DNA of 62,576 nt, filler included, from Asterionella formosa (GCA_002256025.1; 25 parts of 25 records of this genome joined end to end with filler, not necessarily neighbours in it); one strand, 5' to 3'. Numbered from the whole stretch's first letter, positions 35,287-49,588 are shown. A program made the numbers and translations. The notes: generated from the letters alone by a model not told the origin.

Positions 35287-36072
35287 CTTCTTGACCTTTC
35301 ACACAGTTTGTCACTTGAGTTCTACACAACCTTGGATCCTTCTACAATCTGTAAAATTCTGGAAATTTCTAGTTTTCATTACCTTCCATTTAAGACTCAA
35401 TCTCTTATATATATCACTACATCATCAAGTGATATACTGACTCAATGGAAGATGTATGCATTGTGAATCATTGTAGTACTTACACACCAGGCAACATTGA
35501 CTTTCCATCACCACACAATCGAAGACCGAAATAAGAAGGGAAAAGCAGAACCCAATCTTGACCTACATCGTTATGTAGCGTAAATGGTCTGGTTTCTGCA
35601 ATCATGCGCATCGCTGTAGTAGCCTGACACCAGTAGCAGTATTTCCGCCACAGTCATTCCTCTCCGCTGCCCACCAAACAAGCAACCCTGATCATTCCAT
35701 TCTGAGCAAGCGTGATCGCCACGCTGCTCCAGAACTATTGACTCTCTCTAGCTGAGTATTCGTCATGTAGCTTCTGATACGAACTCGTAGTAGAATTGTA
35801 GCAAAGCGCATTAGTACAAGAAAAGCATTGCTTGGCAGCAATATTGACATCATTGTCAACGACTATACAAATCAACAAAAATACGATCAACAACGGCACA
35901 ATACCACATCTTCAATGAGTAGTCATTGATAAATGCATTGGTTCTTATGTAGATATGTACAATTGAAACAAAACGACAGTGCGTAACGACAAACAACGAT
36001 GGAAACGATCAAAACAAACCACGGAAGCAATCAAATCGGAAAGTCGATAAATACGATCTACAATCCACATTC

Positions 36073-36187
36073 AGTATTTCACTGTTGTACTCACCGATCC
36101 GCTTCAACTAGCATAACAAGCAGCAGACTATGGGATCAAAGAAAGACGAACGTTGCCTATTGCAAGCCCGAATAGAGCAAAGGCAGG
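36073..36187. repeat. Diverged dispersed repeat, also at ~15285-15400
   Basis: tttcact.ttgtactcaccgatccgct...gcagac..tggg...aaagaaag...ggcag in both places. Confidence 0.7.
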
Positions 36188-37125
36188 CAAGATAGAGTGA
36201 GAACTATATTTGTGAGGACGAAATCGGGCATACGGTACGTAAAATCAATGAAAATGTGAACGATATAATTCAACATTTCAGGTCTCGTAAAAATAATACC
36301 GAGTCTACAGAAATTATAATATTACGTGTTCAAAGTAAGCGTTAAAGCATAGCTTAAACCATGCATGGTTGTTTTTAGTACCACGTACGTATGTAGACTA
36401 GATGACTGCCAGTACCGGTAGAATATCCGTTTAGCATCATTACATACATGACCGGAGCAAAAACTTGCCACCAACATCAGATGTATCGATATCATCGTTC
36501 GTCCGACGAAATATGGACAATGCGACTACATGAATACCTCGAGAAGGCAAGCAATCCAAAAATCAACCGCATCTGTTAGGCAAAGAATCGCTACTGGCGT
36601 CATCGCGGAACAGATTTCGCTTCAAACCGGTCATGATGGACGACGATTGGCATGGTGAAAGGTGAATTGCCGGAGTCCGCTTTTCAGGAGACGAACAAAA
36701 ACAAGGTGAATTCTAGATATAAATTATTAGAATCTGTGTAGTATATAAAATGGTTTCCTTAAGTAGACCCCTTGCCGACTTCGGCAATCCCAGGGCTAGA
36801 AAACCGAGGGGCAATTGGCGTCTGTTGTCTTGCCAAAATGCGAACATATGAAAAATGCAAAATATACTTTAATGATGGGCAATATCGGACCTTTGGCAAT
36901 TTTCGAGGTGAAGATAGGAAATATTCAAAATATATTTTATATGATGGGCAATAGTAGGCTAAAATTGACATTTATGCTAAATTTGTGGGCAGTAGGTAAG
37001 CGAATGACGCGACGATAGCTAGAGTGGGAATTGCCTCAACAATACCCTTCTCTGCGGATACTTGCCTTCTCGTATACATGTGTACTCGGCTGGGATGGTA
37101 CTTGTAGGGTGACCTTCTCGCAGCG

Positions 37126-37566
37126 CTACAACAACAGGAACTAGAAGCCGTCGTTTCTCTCAAAGAGCATTGACAAATACTGCTAAGCGCAAAGAGCCAG
37201 ATGATAACCGGCGAGCTGCATTGGCAATGTGTGCACTAGAAAGGAAAAAGAAGCTTGGGTATGCATGTTGTTGATTGGTGTGTGCTTCCGCCCATGCTGG
37301 CTGACCGAATTGTTGATTTCATCCTAACATAATATTCAATTCATTACATTCTTCTGTTTATTGGAATGGAATGAGGTTGTTGCAAATGCTGCAAGTATTC
37401 CCGAAGTAGCCATTGATTGGAACAATGAAGAAATAGAACGGTGCATTTGTTGTTGATTGTTGCATAATTGTGCTTCCATTGTGATTCATCTATCATTGAT
37501 GATGCGATCACTCACAGTCGCATTGTTCCCTTTCCGGTCATTGTCAGCTTTAAAGAACCTTCTAAA
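37126..37566 (+). mobile_element. 5' region (exons 1-3 start) of a third copy of the Crypton-like element
   Basis: Aligns with 27639-28128; lacks the ATG and the 53-bp duplication. Confidence 0.85.
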
Positions 37567-38399
37567 NNNNNNNNNNNNNNNNNNNNNNNNNNNNNNNNNN
37601 NNNNNNNNNNTTAATTAATTAANNNNNNNNNNNNNNNNNNNNNNNNNNNNNNNNNNNNNNNNNNNNTCAACAACATTGGATACCCGAAACTTACTTATTC
37701 AATAATTTACTGACAAGTTACTATTACAGACTTATGCATCAGTTGCATTGATTTGTGGTAAGTGAAGCAAGAGGATACGATGGAATTGCGTGTCGTTGTT
37801 TCAATGTAACATGACTACTTGCTAACAAATCATTCCTTCTCATTGTTTCTGTAACTGCATTGGTTGCTGCAATGTCAATTGAATCCTCGACTCAAATGAA
37901 AGAACTCTGCAATACAGTTGAATGGTGAGTGTGTTCTTGTTGTGTACCTAAATGCTAGTATGGCTTGTCAGCTCACGCATTGTTGTTGACAACAGGCAGG
38001 GACAATGAGGTCCGGAATGAACTGTGTGTTGCTTTCTGCTGTTGCTAGTTCTTTCATATACATTACTGACACACTGTTGTTATGAAAATCTCTGCAGGTC
38101 AATGAAGAAGCAAGTCATTTCAAGGACAAGAAGGAAGCCAGTGTGTGATGCATTCATGTTGCAACTTTGTGCAATAATGCCTCTTCAAGAATGAATGATT
38201 TCTTCATTCAGAATGCATGGCTTATGTTTGTCTTGCATTGTCCTTACAGACTTCTCATAATGCCTGCCTTCTCAAGACTGAAGATGCCATTCTGAAAGAA
38301 CTGCTTTGTTTGATTGCATATCGAGATTTGCTTCCCATGTAATGTGAAATACCGGTTGTTGAATTAGTAATCAACATTATTTGATAGTACTTTTAAAAT

Positions 38400-39075
38400 A
38401 CGTAAAAAAATTTAATAAATTACGTGAACCATATTATAGAATTACGTGAACAAAAATTTAAGGCAATGTGAACTGAATTACAGAATTAATTGAAGTATTT
38501 CAAATAATTATGTGAAGTATTTCATATAATTATGTGAAGGTGATCACGTAATATTGTGATGATCAGGAATGCATGCATGATACTCTGATCAAATAATTAA
38601 CGTGATGTATTCAGATAATATATAGATATATTCAAGTAAGCATTTTGATGTATTCAACTAATTCATGTGATCCATTCAAAATCAACTAGGCTTATTTACG
38701 TGATGGTCACTTCACGTAATACGCGGCTTAGATGGGTGATGATTGTTACCACTACTGATTTGTCAATAACTTCATCAATATTGGAGAAATCAATACCTAA
38801 GAACGACTCATCTCATTGGAAGATAGTACCGAATAAGATGGTATTCCGTTGATTCACAATGGATCAATGCTACTCATCATTTACATGTCACAGCCGGGAT
38901 TTTTTCACCTACACCCTACATGGTGATGATTATTACCACTACTGACTTGTCAATAACTTCATCAATATTGGAGCAATCCATAACACTATTCGAATTTGGT
39001 TATGATCAACCCAAACACAACCTCCAATTTACATGTCACAACCCGGATTTTTTAATCTATACCCTACATGGTGCT
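38400..39075. repeat. Degenerate ~22-bp array (attacgtga/attatgtga) followed by nested 50-bp direct repeats
   Basis: Periodic units 38400-38720 ending cacgtaatacgcggc|tta; repeats 38735/38925 and 38878/39028. Confidence 0.6.
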
Positions 39076-39224
39076 GATTGTTCCCAATTGTAACTTTGTG
39101 TATCATCTATCTCATTTCATATTTAAACATCTGCTAATGCTTTTGTGATTTGTTCCTATTATATATTGATCTATCTCAATTCATATTTTAGCATCTACTA
39201 ATCTTTTTGTTAATTGTCTATATC

Positions 39225-40072
39225 TTATATTGATCTATTGATTCGAAAGTGTTCACTTGGGGGTAACGTCTCAGGAGGTAATAATCTGCATTCACGATGG
39301 AACTGTGCGTCTAGAAAGAAGATCTGGACTAGATTCCGCTTTCTAGCAGCTGTTGTTATTGAATACCAATGTTCACTTGGGGGAGAGCTCTCCGTGTTGA
39401 TACAAAGGTTGTCCAAATACTTTGCTGCTTCGTTCTTTAACCACAGCTGCTGAGCCGTGAGAGTTTCTCCAGTTGCACCTAAGAAATTTGTCCTTCCTCG
39501 CAGATAGATAGGGCATTCTGAACATAAGCGTTGGGCATAACCAATGCGATATATTATCTTGTTTTTGACGTCATTCCATCGGTCAATCCAACCATCTGTT
39601 TTGGGCAACCGAATTGCTCGAGCCGAGGATGCCAAACTGTAGGAAACCAAACCTAATACTGTTGCAGTTGTCGGCTTAGACCTACCATGCAAGGATCGCA
39701 TATCCAAGTCAAGCTTGGGAAGAGCATTCCATACAGGCGCTTCTCTATGCCACCTACAGGAATGTGTCATCATCGCTTTGGCGACGCCGGCTTTGAAAGG
39801 AAGCTGTAGGTCTGCGGCAGCGGACAGAAAGTTTAACTGCACCTGACAAACAGGACACAGTGCAGGTTCAAACAACTGTTGTGTTGGTCCAACTGTGGCT
39901 TTTGATTCATGAGATAATACCGCTTCTGTTAATGTTTGAAGTTCATCCTGACACTGAGGCTGAAAGTTAGACATAGCACCCATTAACACACCCATCATCT
40001 GCGCCATATCAGATCGTATTGCTTTCAACTCTTCCCGCAGCACTGGAACACCCTCCTCCTCCTCCTCCTCCT
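39225..40072 (-). CDS. Hypothetical protein, 5'-partial (poly-Glu at contig end)
   Basis: Open frame of >280 codons with a CPVC motif; no family recognised. Confidence 0.55.
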
Positions 40073-40172
40073 NNNNNNNNNNNNNNNNNNNNNNNNNNNN
40101 NNNNNNNNNNNNNNNNTTAATTAATTAANNNNNNNNNNNNNNNNNNNNNNNNNNNNNNNNNNNNNNNNNNNN

Positions 40173-41020
40173 AGGAGGAGGAGGAGGAGGAGGGTGTTCC
40201 AGTGCTGCGGGAAGAGTTGAAAGCAATACGATCTGATATGGCGCAGATGATGGGTGTGTTAATGGGTGCTATGTCTAACTTTCAGCCTCAGTGTCAGGAT
40301 GAACTTCAAACATTAACAGAAGCGGTATTATCTCATGAATCAAAAGCCACAGTTGGACCAACACAACAGTTGTTTGAACCTGCACTGTGTCCTGTTTGTC
40401 AGGTGCAGTTAAACTTTCTGTCCGCTGCCGCAGACCTACAGCTTCCTTTCAAAGCCGGCGTCGCCAAAGCGATGATGACACATTCCTGTAGGTGGCATAG
40501 AGAAGCGCCTGTATGGAATGCTCTTCCCAAGCTTGACTTGGATATGCGATCCTTGCATGGTAGGTCTAAGCCGACAACTGCAACAGTATTAGGTTTGGTT
40601 TCCTACAGTTTGGCATCCTCGGCTCGAGCAATTCGGTTGCCCAAAACAGATGGTTGGATTGACCGATGGAATGACGTCAAAAACAAGATAATATATCGCA
40701 TTGGTTATGCCCAACGCTTATGTTCAGAATGCCCTATCTATCTGCGAGGAAGGACAAATTTCTTAGGTGCAACTGGAGAAACTCTCACGGCTCAGCAGCT
40801 GTGGTTAAAGAACGAAGCAGCAAAGTATTTGGACAACCTTTGTATCAACACGGAGAGCTCTCCCCCAAGTGAACATTGGTATTCAATAACAACAGCTGCT
40901 AGAAAGCGGAATCTAGTCCAGATCTTCTTTCTAGACGCACAGTTCCATCGTGAATGCAGATTATTACCTCCTGAGACGTTACCCCCAAGTGAACACTTTC
41001 GAATCAATAGATCAATATAA
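40173..41020 (+). CDS. Same hypothetical protein, allelic or duplicate contig
   Basis: Contig 40173-42578 is the reverse complement of 37667-40072 apart from a few SNPs. Confidence 0.55.
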
Positions 41021-42678
41021 GATATAGACAATTAACAAAAAGATTAGTAGATGCTAAAATATGAATTGAGATAGATCAATATATAATAGGAACAAATCAC
41101 AAAAGCATTAGCAGATGTTTAAATATGAAATGAGATAGATGATACACAAAGTTACAATTGGGAACAATCAGCACCATGTAGGGTATAGATTAAAAAATCC
41201 GGGTTGTGACATGTAAATTGGAGGTTGTGTTTGGGTTGATCATAACCAAATTCGAATAGTGTTATGGATTGCTCCAATATTGATGAAGTTATTGACAAGT
41301 CAGTAGTGGTAATAATCATCACCATGTAGGGTGTAGGTGAAAAAATCCCGGCTGTGACATGTAAATGATGAGTAGCATTGATCCATTGTGAATCAACGGA
41401 ATACCATCTTATTCGGTACTATCTTCCAATGAGATGAGTCGTTCTTAGGTATTGATTTCTCCAATATTGATGAAGTTATTGACAAATCAGTAGTGGTAAC
41501 AATCATCACCCATCTAAGCCGCGTATTACGTGAAGTGACCATCACGTAAATAAGCCTAGTTGATTTTGAATGGATCACATGAATTAGTTGAATACATCAA
41601 AATGCTTACTTGAATATATCTATATATTATCTGAATACATCACGTTAATTATTTGATCAGAGTATCATGCATGCATTCCTGATCATCACTATATTACGTG
41701 ATCACCTTCACATAATTATATGAAATACTTCACATAATTATTTGAAATACTTCAATTAATTCTGTAATTCAGTTCACATTGCCTTAAATTTTTGTTCACG
41801 TAATTCTATAATATGGTTCACGTAATTTATTAAATTTTTTTACGTATTTTAAAAGTACTATCAAATAATGTTGATTACTAATTCAACAACCGGTATTTCA
41901 CATTACATGGGAAACAAATCTCGATATGCAATCAAACGAAGCAGTTCTTTCAGAATGGCATCTTCAGTCTTGAGAAGGCAGGCATTATGAGAAGTCTGTA
42001 AGGACAATGCAAGACAAACATAAGCCATGCATTCTGAATGAAAAAATCATTCATTCTTGAAGAGGCATTATTGCACGAAGTTGCAACATGAATGCATCAC
42101 ACACTGGCTTCCTTCTTGTCCTTGAAATGACTTGCTTCTTCATTGACCTGCAGAGATTTTCATAACAACAGTGTGTCAGTAATGTATATGATAGAACTAG
42201 CAACAGCAGAAAGCAACACACAGTTCATTCCGGACCTCATTGTCCCTGCCTGTTGTCAACAACAATGCGTGAGCTGACAAGCCATACTAGCATTTAGGTA
42301 CACAACAAGAACACACTCACCATTCAACTGTATTGCAGAGTTCTTTCATTTGAGTCGAGGATTCAATTGACATTGCAGCAACCAATGCAGTTACAGAAAC
42401 AATGAGAAGGAATGATTTGTTAGCAAGTAGTCATGTTACATTGAAACAACAACACGCAATTCCATCGTATCCTCTTGCTTCACTTACCACAAATCAATGC
42501 AACTGATGCATAAGTCTGTAATAGTAACTTGTCAGTAAATTATTGAATAAGTAAGTTTCGGGTATCCAATGTTGTTGANNNNNNNNNNNNNNNNNNNNNN
42601 NNNNNNNNNNNNNNNNNNNNNNTTAATTAATTAANNNNNNNNNNNNNNNNNNNNNNNNNNNNNNNNNNNNNNNNNNNN

Positions 42679-42905
42679 AAGGATTGTGGACTCGATTGTG
42701 ATCGAACGAGTCGAATATTACATTGCCATGTCAATTAGCTGTCTAACGAGATCAAAGATTGAAGATTTCTATGGAAATTTTAAGTGGAAACTCGAAGAGA
42801 GTCTTAGAACCATTTTGCGGGAAGCAAAGGAAACATTTAGTGTAGCTTATAATTTAATTTGAGTTTAGATTAGTATCAACCGAGGAAACAGTGTGTTAAT
42901 TGACA
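42679..42905 (+). mobile_element. LTR family A, 3' portion ending ...TTGACA (full LTR ~250 bp, TGTCAA...TTGACA)
   Basis: Overlaps 17397-17496; 6-bp terminal inverted repeat; no primer-binding site follows. Confidence 0.75.
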
Positions 42906-45184
42906 AGAAGGTCAATTATTCTATCTAGCAGGAAGGCTAGAAGCAGAGACAAGAGAGAAAGGAAGTGGTACTAGGTAGTGCTAGGATCACGTAAGAGTCT
43001 ACGTGAAGAGAGACCCAGCCTGCGGGAAGGAGTACAGACCATTTCAACACACTTCCTGGGTGCCTTAGATCGCCATCGTCACTTGCTTTGCCTATTACAG
43101 GCACATGCAACAATGCCATACCGGGCGGGTTGTCAAAATGTTCCGGTTTTCCGGGAAATTGCTCTTGCCATTAGTAAGGAAGATGCTGAATTTCCAGATT
43201 GCATTTGGAATGGCGTTGAAGAAGATTCTCATAGAGCAACTGATTTCTATCTTCAAGTAATTGTAAGGAACGGAAATTATTCTTTGGAAGTACATTTTGA
43301 GGTATGTGCGTTACTTCTAATTGACATTGAATCATTTCATTCGTGCGGTTTTAAATAAGATTTTTTAAATTATTTTGTGTTTATTGAGTATATCTGTGAG
43401 CTTATTCTTTATCTCAGTTGCTGTAATCGAAACCCACTTTACGGAATACAGTAAATCCGATTCTATAGTTTGGGCTAGTACTTCACTGTTTCAGTTTGCT
43501 TTTCTTGACACCTGTGATTGTTTTTCCGAACACAACTGAGCACTTCTCCAATTGCTGGCTCCAATCAGTATTTTACGGACAGGAATCAAGACTCATGATC
43601 AATATTTACTGGGCTCAGTTAGATCTTACAAGCACATGTTCAGTAAGAAAAGAGATTGTCTTCAACATGGAGCACATGTTGGTGATTCAATTTCAGTATT
43701 GGAAGAAAATTTATATTAAAAAGCACTCTGAAAACCATGTATCTTAGTGAAGATACTGATATTCCCAAACAATTTCTTAAAGCCGCTACCTAGCTATGAG
43801 GAAATTGTTGTGGTTGGTGGATCTGCGAAGGGATGCAACAACCTTAATGTAAACAGTTCAAGCCGAATCATTGGCTTGACTTTTTGCTGGAATGATGAAA
43901 CACTGAAGTACTACAGAGAGCTTCTAGTTGATATTGAGAAGCAGAACGCAATCAAAATGGAATGTGTATCCAGCAGTAAGGGTATGTCTGACATCAAAGG
44001 TACTAGACAAGACTTTTTTATTTTCTGGAGTTAACGACTGATGACTGGGATATTTACAATCAAGATCGTAATAAATTTTCACTTGTTCATCCCGTAATAG
44101 GTACAGTTTCAATAAAGTAGTAGCAAACCAAAAAATGAAAAAATCAACATTTATTTTAATATTATCAAACATGCTTTACTATTTAACTTGCTTAGCTTGT
44201 GCATTTCGACCTGCAACAACTATTCAATGACTTCCTGAAAGGCCTACCAAGCTCAATAAGCATTCGCCAAGAGGATGATTAATGTGGGCAGCCATCAAGT
44301 TTGGCAGCAGTGAAATGATGGAACAATGACGCCATGGTGTGTTAGTGAGTTGATCATGATGTATGTATCAAAACTATTTCAAACACACTTGAACTCACGA
44401 AAAACTTATCCATGTACAAAACACACAATTCCATATTACAAATAGAATAGAGGTACCCTGGTAGAAGGCTGTCACATCTGGCGTTAAAATGACTGTGACC
44501 ATCATGTATTTAGATATGACGTTACATTTGCATATGTTTAGTATTGGCAAGGCAATCAGGAGGGGATAGTGGTGGTTGTGTTTGTTCATGTATATTCTTC
44601 AAAGGCATAAGAGTCATTTAGAAAATCTAATCTTATTCACAAGTTCTAGTCCAAGTCAGAAAATTTTAGAAATTGTCAGCAAATCCTAGTCATTTCCTCA
44701 AGTTCTAATCATAGAAAGGAGATAGTATTCCTATGTGGATTCCGAAGCAAGAAGAATGTATCTTGAACTCATTCATCAGTCAGCCAATTTGAGTTATGTT
44801 CAGAGACTGAATCTGCAAATAGTCAACCTAAATTACTTAAGGAAAATTATTTTGACCAAAAGCTGGCCTATCTCGTCTGGCAAGCATGAGATGATTCATT
44901 GAGAGTGCGTCGAAAATGAAAAGGTGCGTATAAAATGTGCACTTCCAGACCTTCCTGGTATACCTTATTTGTAAAACAACGATTAAGGAATCATTATCAA
45001 TCTAATGCCTTCGCTTCAGCTGCCTCCTCCAAATTCTTGGAAATTGTCATGCTTTTGCAAAAGTAGAGGGCAGATATCAAGAACNNNNNNNNNNNNNNNN
45101 NNNNNNNNNNNNNNNNNNNNNNNNNNNNTTAATTAATTAANNNNNNNNNNNNNNNNNNNNNNNNNNNNNNNNNNNNNNNNNNNN

Positions 45185-45243
45185 CCAGGAGCAGTGCCAT
45201 GCGAGACCACGGGCGGAGGTGGAGCAGAAGGAGTGGAGCTCAT
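45185..45243 (-). CDS. Probable start of a host gene (MSSTPSAPPPPVVSHGTAP...)
   Basis: ACAACAATG context; frame open to the contig end. Confidence 0.4.
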
Positions 45244-45399
45244 TGTTGTTGAAATTGCGTCCCAAAGCACTCTGTTGCTTTCTTGTATCCTGTAAGGACA
45301 TAACAGGGACCAAATAGGCTGTAGATATGAACAACGATGTTGCAGTAATCGATTGTAATCATTCCTAAGAGTTCTAGTAGAATTATGGGTTTCACTGTT

Positions 45400-47587
45400 G
45401 ATGTAGCTAGATTGTTTTCGAATTCTGAGTTTTCTCTGGTACCATCTTCTTTTTGATTCATTCGATTCAATATGTAGTACCGGTAGGTAATTTATACCGG
45501 GATTTTCTTTCCTAAAATATTTTCTCCAACACACTCCTGCTGCACACGGATGCTCACTTTGAATTCATAATTTGCTCACGAAAATGAATAAATTTCGTTC
45601 CAACCAGTAGTTTCGTCATGTAGTCTGCTAACATTGCATCCGTTGGACAGTACTTAATTTGTACTTCCTTTCATTCAATAAGATCAGTAGTAGCTAATGT
45701 AAAAATACTTGACGTTGAAATGTCGCGTGCGTTTTCGTGAAATTGCTTTTCCATTTGCTTCTAGCTTCATTGCGATAGTGTTGTCACGGTAAATGACTTT
45801 TGTAATCACCTTTTGTCCTTGTGCTTCAATAAATAATTTCGTCCACAACACCTTTGATATAATGTCATCGACAACAACCAATTCTGCTTCAGTCGAACTT
45901 CTAGTGTTCACTTTCTGTTTCATGGACATAGAACAAATAATTCCGTTTCCAAGTGACAATGTAGCTCCTGTGTGACTTTTAAAATCTTTGTGTACTGCAA
46001 ACGCCGCATCAACGTAGTACCATTTAATGCTCTGAGTGTCATCAGCAATCATAGATGCAACCTCATTCTGAGTTGCTTTCAAGAAATTCATGATCTTGAC
46101 TAATTTTGCCCAATCGCCTTCATTTGGTTCAGTAGTTCGGGTTGCCAGAAATGCAATTCCTGGTTGAATGTACTTTCTTCCTGGCTCACATAGTAACATT
46201 CCTTTCATAACAAAAGTATGAAATATTTTTGCTTTTTCGCTCATATTCAAGCTTCTTTGATTTCGTATCAATTGTGAACAATTTATCTGTACATGGAAAT
46301 TTTCCAACTCCTTCAAGTTTGTCTGGAAAATCATCAATCATTGATTTCACATATTTGGTCATGTCCACCCAAAACACTCCTGGAAGAGAGTAATCTAGTG
46401 TCATCGCCAAATAATCATGCTTCTTTCCACACATGACCTTGACTTCACCAATTTCGTCAGAAGCGTATTTCTTTTTGAGCCATTCCAAAAATTGATCATT
46501 CACTTTCCTGTCCATGTGACTTGATTTCAAATCATCTATGTGCCAAGTAACTGTGTGCTGTTTACCATTAACAATGCGATTTGCAACACATGGATCATAT
46601 GGATTGACCTTGAATCCAATTGACTCAATATCCTTCCAAAATTTCTTGTAATATAATAATGATGACTGTAACATGCCATATAATGCCTTGATCATCCTAA
46701 CATATAGGACCTTGTTGTTTCCTTCATAAACAACATATTTTTCATAAGTCTTGGGGCTGAGTTCTGTCAACATATTGACAAGTAAACCTCTAATCGTCAT
46801 AATGATTCGCTCCCCTTTTTCTTTCTCATCGATATCCACTTGCACAAATGCATTGGGTATATCTGCAGTCATAACATCGCGATTTTGCTTCGCATCAATT
46901 GTTGCTGTTATCGTAACAGATTCAGTCATGGTAGTTGGACTAGCTGTTTCATCTCTTTCCATGTATTCACGTTGCGAACTGCCATTGGCACAAGCTCTGC
47001 CTGTAATACTCTTGTCTCTCTTTTCAACAAAAAATAGACTTTCCATTGCACGTCGCTTTTCGATCTCTGTTAGGTCTTCAATCCTAATTGGTTCAAATAC
47101 AACTCTATCATGTAGTTGTTTCATTTCTTTATACGCAGCATCTCTTCCTTTCTGGCCAAATTTCTTGAGGCCTTTCCTTAAGCTGTATGACTGAACAAAG
47201 TGAAATGCTTCTTTATCGATACACATCTCATTCATATAACACATTGTCATTGCGATCACTTTTGCATTATCACTGGTGTATTCTTCTTGACAGTGTGCTT
47301 GGGTATGCAAATGATGTTGGACCAAAGTCAGTTTTGATGGTGGTCTTGAGACTCTTCCAGACCTTGTTGTTCTAACATTTGGGTCTGAGTCATCCTGAGT
47401 GCTTAGATTGACTTCTAACATTGCCTCTTCATTTTCAGTTTCATTTACTGGTTCTTCATCCTCATCTTGGATTTCATCTGCATTCATTTCAACATTAAAT
47501 TCGTTGTCGCCCTCAGGCTCAGGGTCATCCTCTTGGATATTGTTGTTTGATTCGAGCTGTTCTGCTTCATATATTTCATCCGGAGTC
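45400..47587 (-). mobile_element. Ty1/Copia (diatom CoDi-like) pol remnant: RT + RNase H with frameshifts (stop 45554), polypurine tract and 3' LTR starting at 45531 (LTR end uncertain)
   Basis: ADIPNAFVQ, KALYGMLQS, NPYDPCVAN, WHIDDL, YVDAAFAVH, NTRSSTEAE, ADYMTK; agcaggagtg|TGTTGGAG. Confidence 0.95.
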
Positions 47588-49503
47588 NNNNNNNNNNNNN
47601 NNNNNNNNNNNNNNNNNNNNNNNNNNNNNNNTTAATTAATTAANNNNNNNNNNNNNNNNNNNNNNNNNNNNNNNNNNNNNNNNNNNNATGTGAACGATTA
47701 CAAGATAGATCAAATAAGCTCACAATAAGGTGGGATTAGAACAGAAGGTTTTAATACACTGAGCTTGTCTAGAAAGAGTTAGCATTGCAGTCAGACTGCA
47801 GAAGAATTTAACACCTAGCTATCGTCTTGCTTTTCGATGAGAACTGTGGGTGTCTAAGTAATTTTTGGTTTCTTTAAGTAATGTTTTTATTTAGGGGTAA
47901 TATGGGGCACATTGGATTTTTCGGCAGTCAATTTTAGGTTTGAGCAGGAGGTAGTAAAGGGAAAATGGGCTGGCCATTGTTGTTAACCAGAAACCGTCTT
48001 TAACAGTGACGATATTCTCAGTGGCAATACTGGATAATAAAGGTTAAAATCTAAAACGTAAACTAAAATTATGATGTAAACTGTGAAAAATGGAAATGAT
48101 CTCCAATGGTCAATCCATTCCTCTCTTCCTGTAGGGTAATACTAATTCCATACGTAAATAGTGCATACGTAATCCCCAAATTGACGTGGTATGCAAACAT
48201 ACGTATTCCTTTTTCTCAAATTCTCAAGATCGGAACATATCCAGCTGTTCTGATCTTCCTCTATATATAGTAAACCCCTAATACTCCCCTTCATGCCATT
48301 ATAAGTGAGATCTTCAAGTGTGTGGGATGATCCTTTGTTTATTGATGGAGGACTTGATCTAGTCTTCTAAGGCGTTGTATCTGTGAGGCATCCAACAACC
48401 TTTTCAGGAATACTGACATCGCATCGTACTTAAGTAGCTAGGTTGTTGTATTTATCCCATGAAATGTTGGTAGTCAGTACATACTCGGGAGTACTTTGAT
48501 TGCTGATATATAATAGATTGTTTCCTCTGGTACATAAATTGCGGTGCTGAATATAATGTAAGCTGATCATGGTTGCCCCTTGAACGCATAGGGCTGCATA
48601 TGCCAGTACCGGTACATCATATCTATATACAACAATAGCTATACAGTACCGGTACTCTGGTACTCCCTCTGTCTAGTAACAGTTGCATCGATAATTCAAA
48701 TTTATCTGGGGCCATTTTGACTCCTACGATTTTCTCCGGCTCAATTGCCCTATTGTGCGGCTTGTTCTAAGCTACAGAATCATGCATACATTATATATAG
48801 AATGATTAAAATTGGCTACTACATTTGAAAAAAACGTTTTTGGGATTTTTCGATTTTCACTTGTAGCTAGTATCTCGAGCAAAATGCAGATGCATGAGGA
48901 CCCATTTTTCTTCGAACCATATATTCTCAACATACGTACAAAGTACGATATAACAGTAGAACAACTGCAACTTGCGTTCAATTATGGAATGTGCAACCCC
49001 GAAAGTGGCGATGATGGGAAGGAAGAAAACGACGGTATGCTCGTTTTGAGGATTGTAACCGTTAAACATCAGGTGGCATGGTCCATGTAGGTGCAACAAC
49101 CGTAGAAAGTATACCGAACAACAATTATTCTATTCAAGTTATAATTATGATAGTGGCTTGTTGTGTTTGGTTTCCCGCAAATAGTTGACTGGCCGGCCGA
49201 TGTGAAACAGCAGTTGGCGATATGTACATGTATGCAATGACATGCGTATGCTAAATCGGTTTCGATTAATTTATTTACATGCTAAAAATTTAATTACAGA
49301 AACCGAGTATATGTTCACGTCTATGTTACTCATAAAAAACGCATTTTTTCGAGTAAGCCGACCCTCACGTAGCAATTTGGTATGTTGGCTACATAATCCT
49401 TCATATGCGAACAGTTAAGACACTGGTGGTGCCGGCGAATCGATGCAACTGTTACTAGACAGAGGGAGTACCAGGTACCAGGGTACCATACCACACTGGC
49501 AAG

Positions 49504-49588
49504 AACAACAACAACAACAACAACAAATCATTGCTGATTTCACCACAATCAACAATCGAGGATGAGCGGCGATCAACAGATGCTGTTA

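Noticed and set aside
37667..42578. Apparent 2.4-kb perfect palindrome
   Set aside because: The arms are two separate equal-length contigs (alleles or duplicates) placed side by side by size sorting, with a linker at the centre.
48100..48295. Possible polypurine tract and LTR start on the minus strand (gaaggggag|tattagg)
   Set aside because: No TG start, no second copy and no recognisable pol sequence adjacent.
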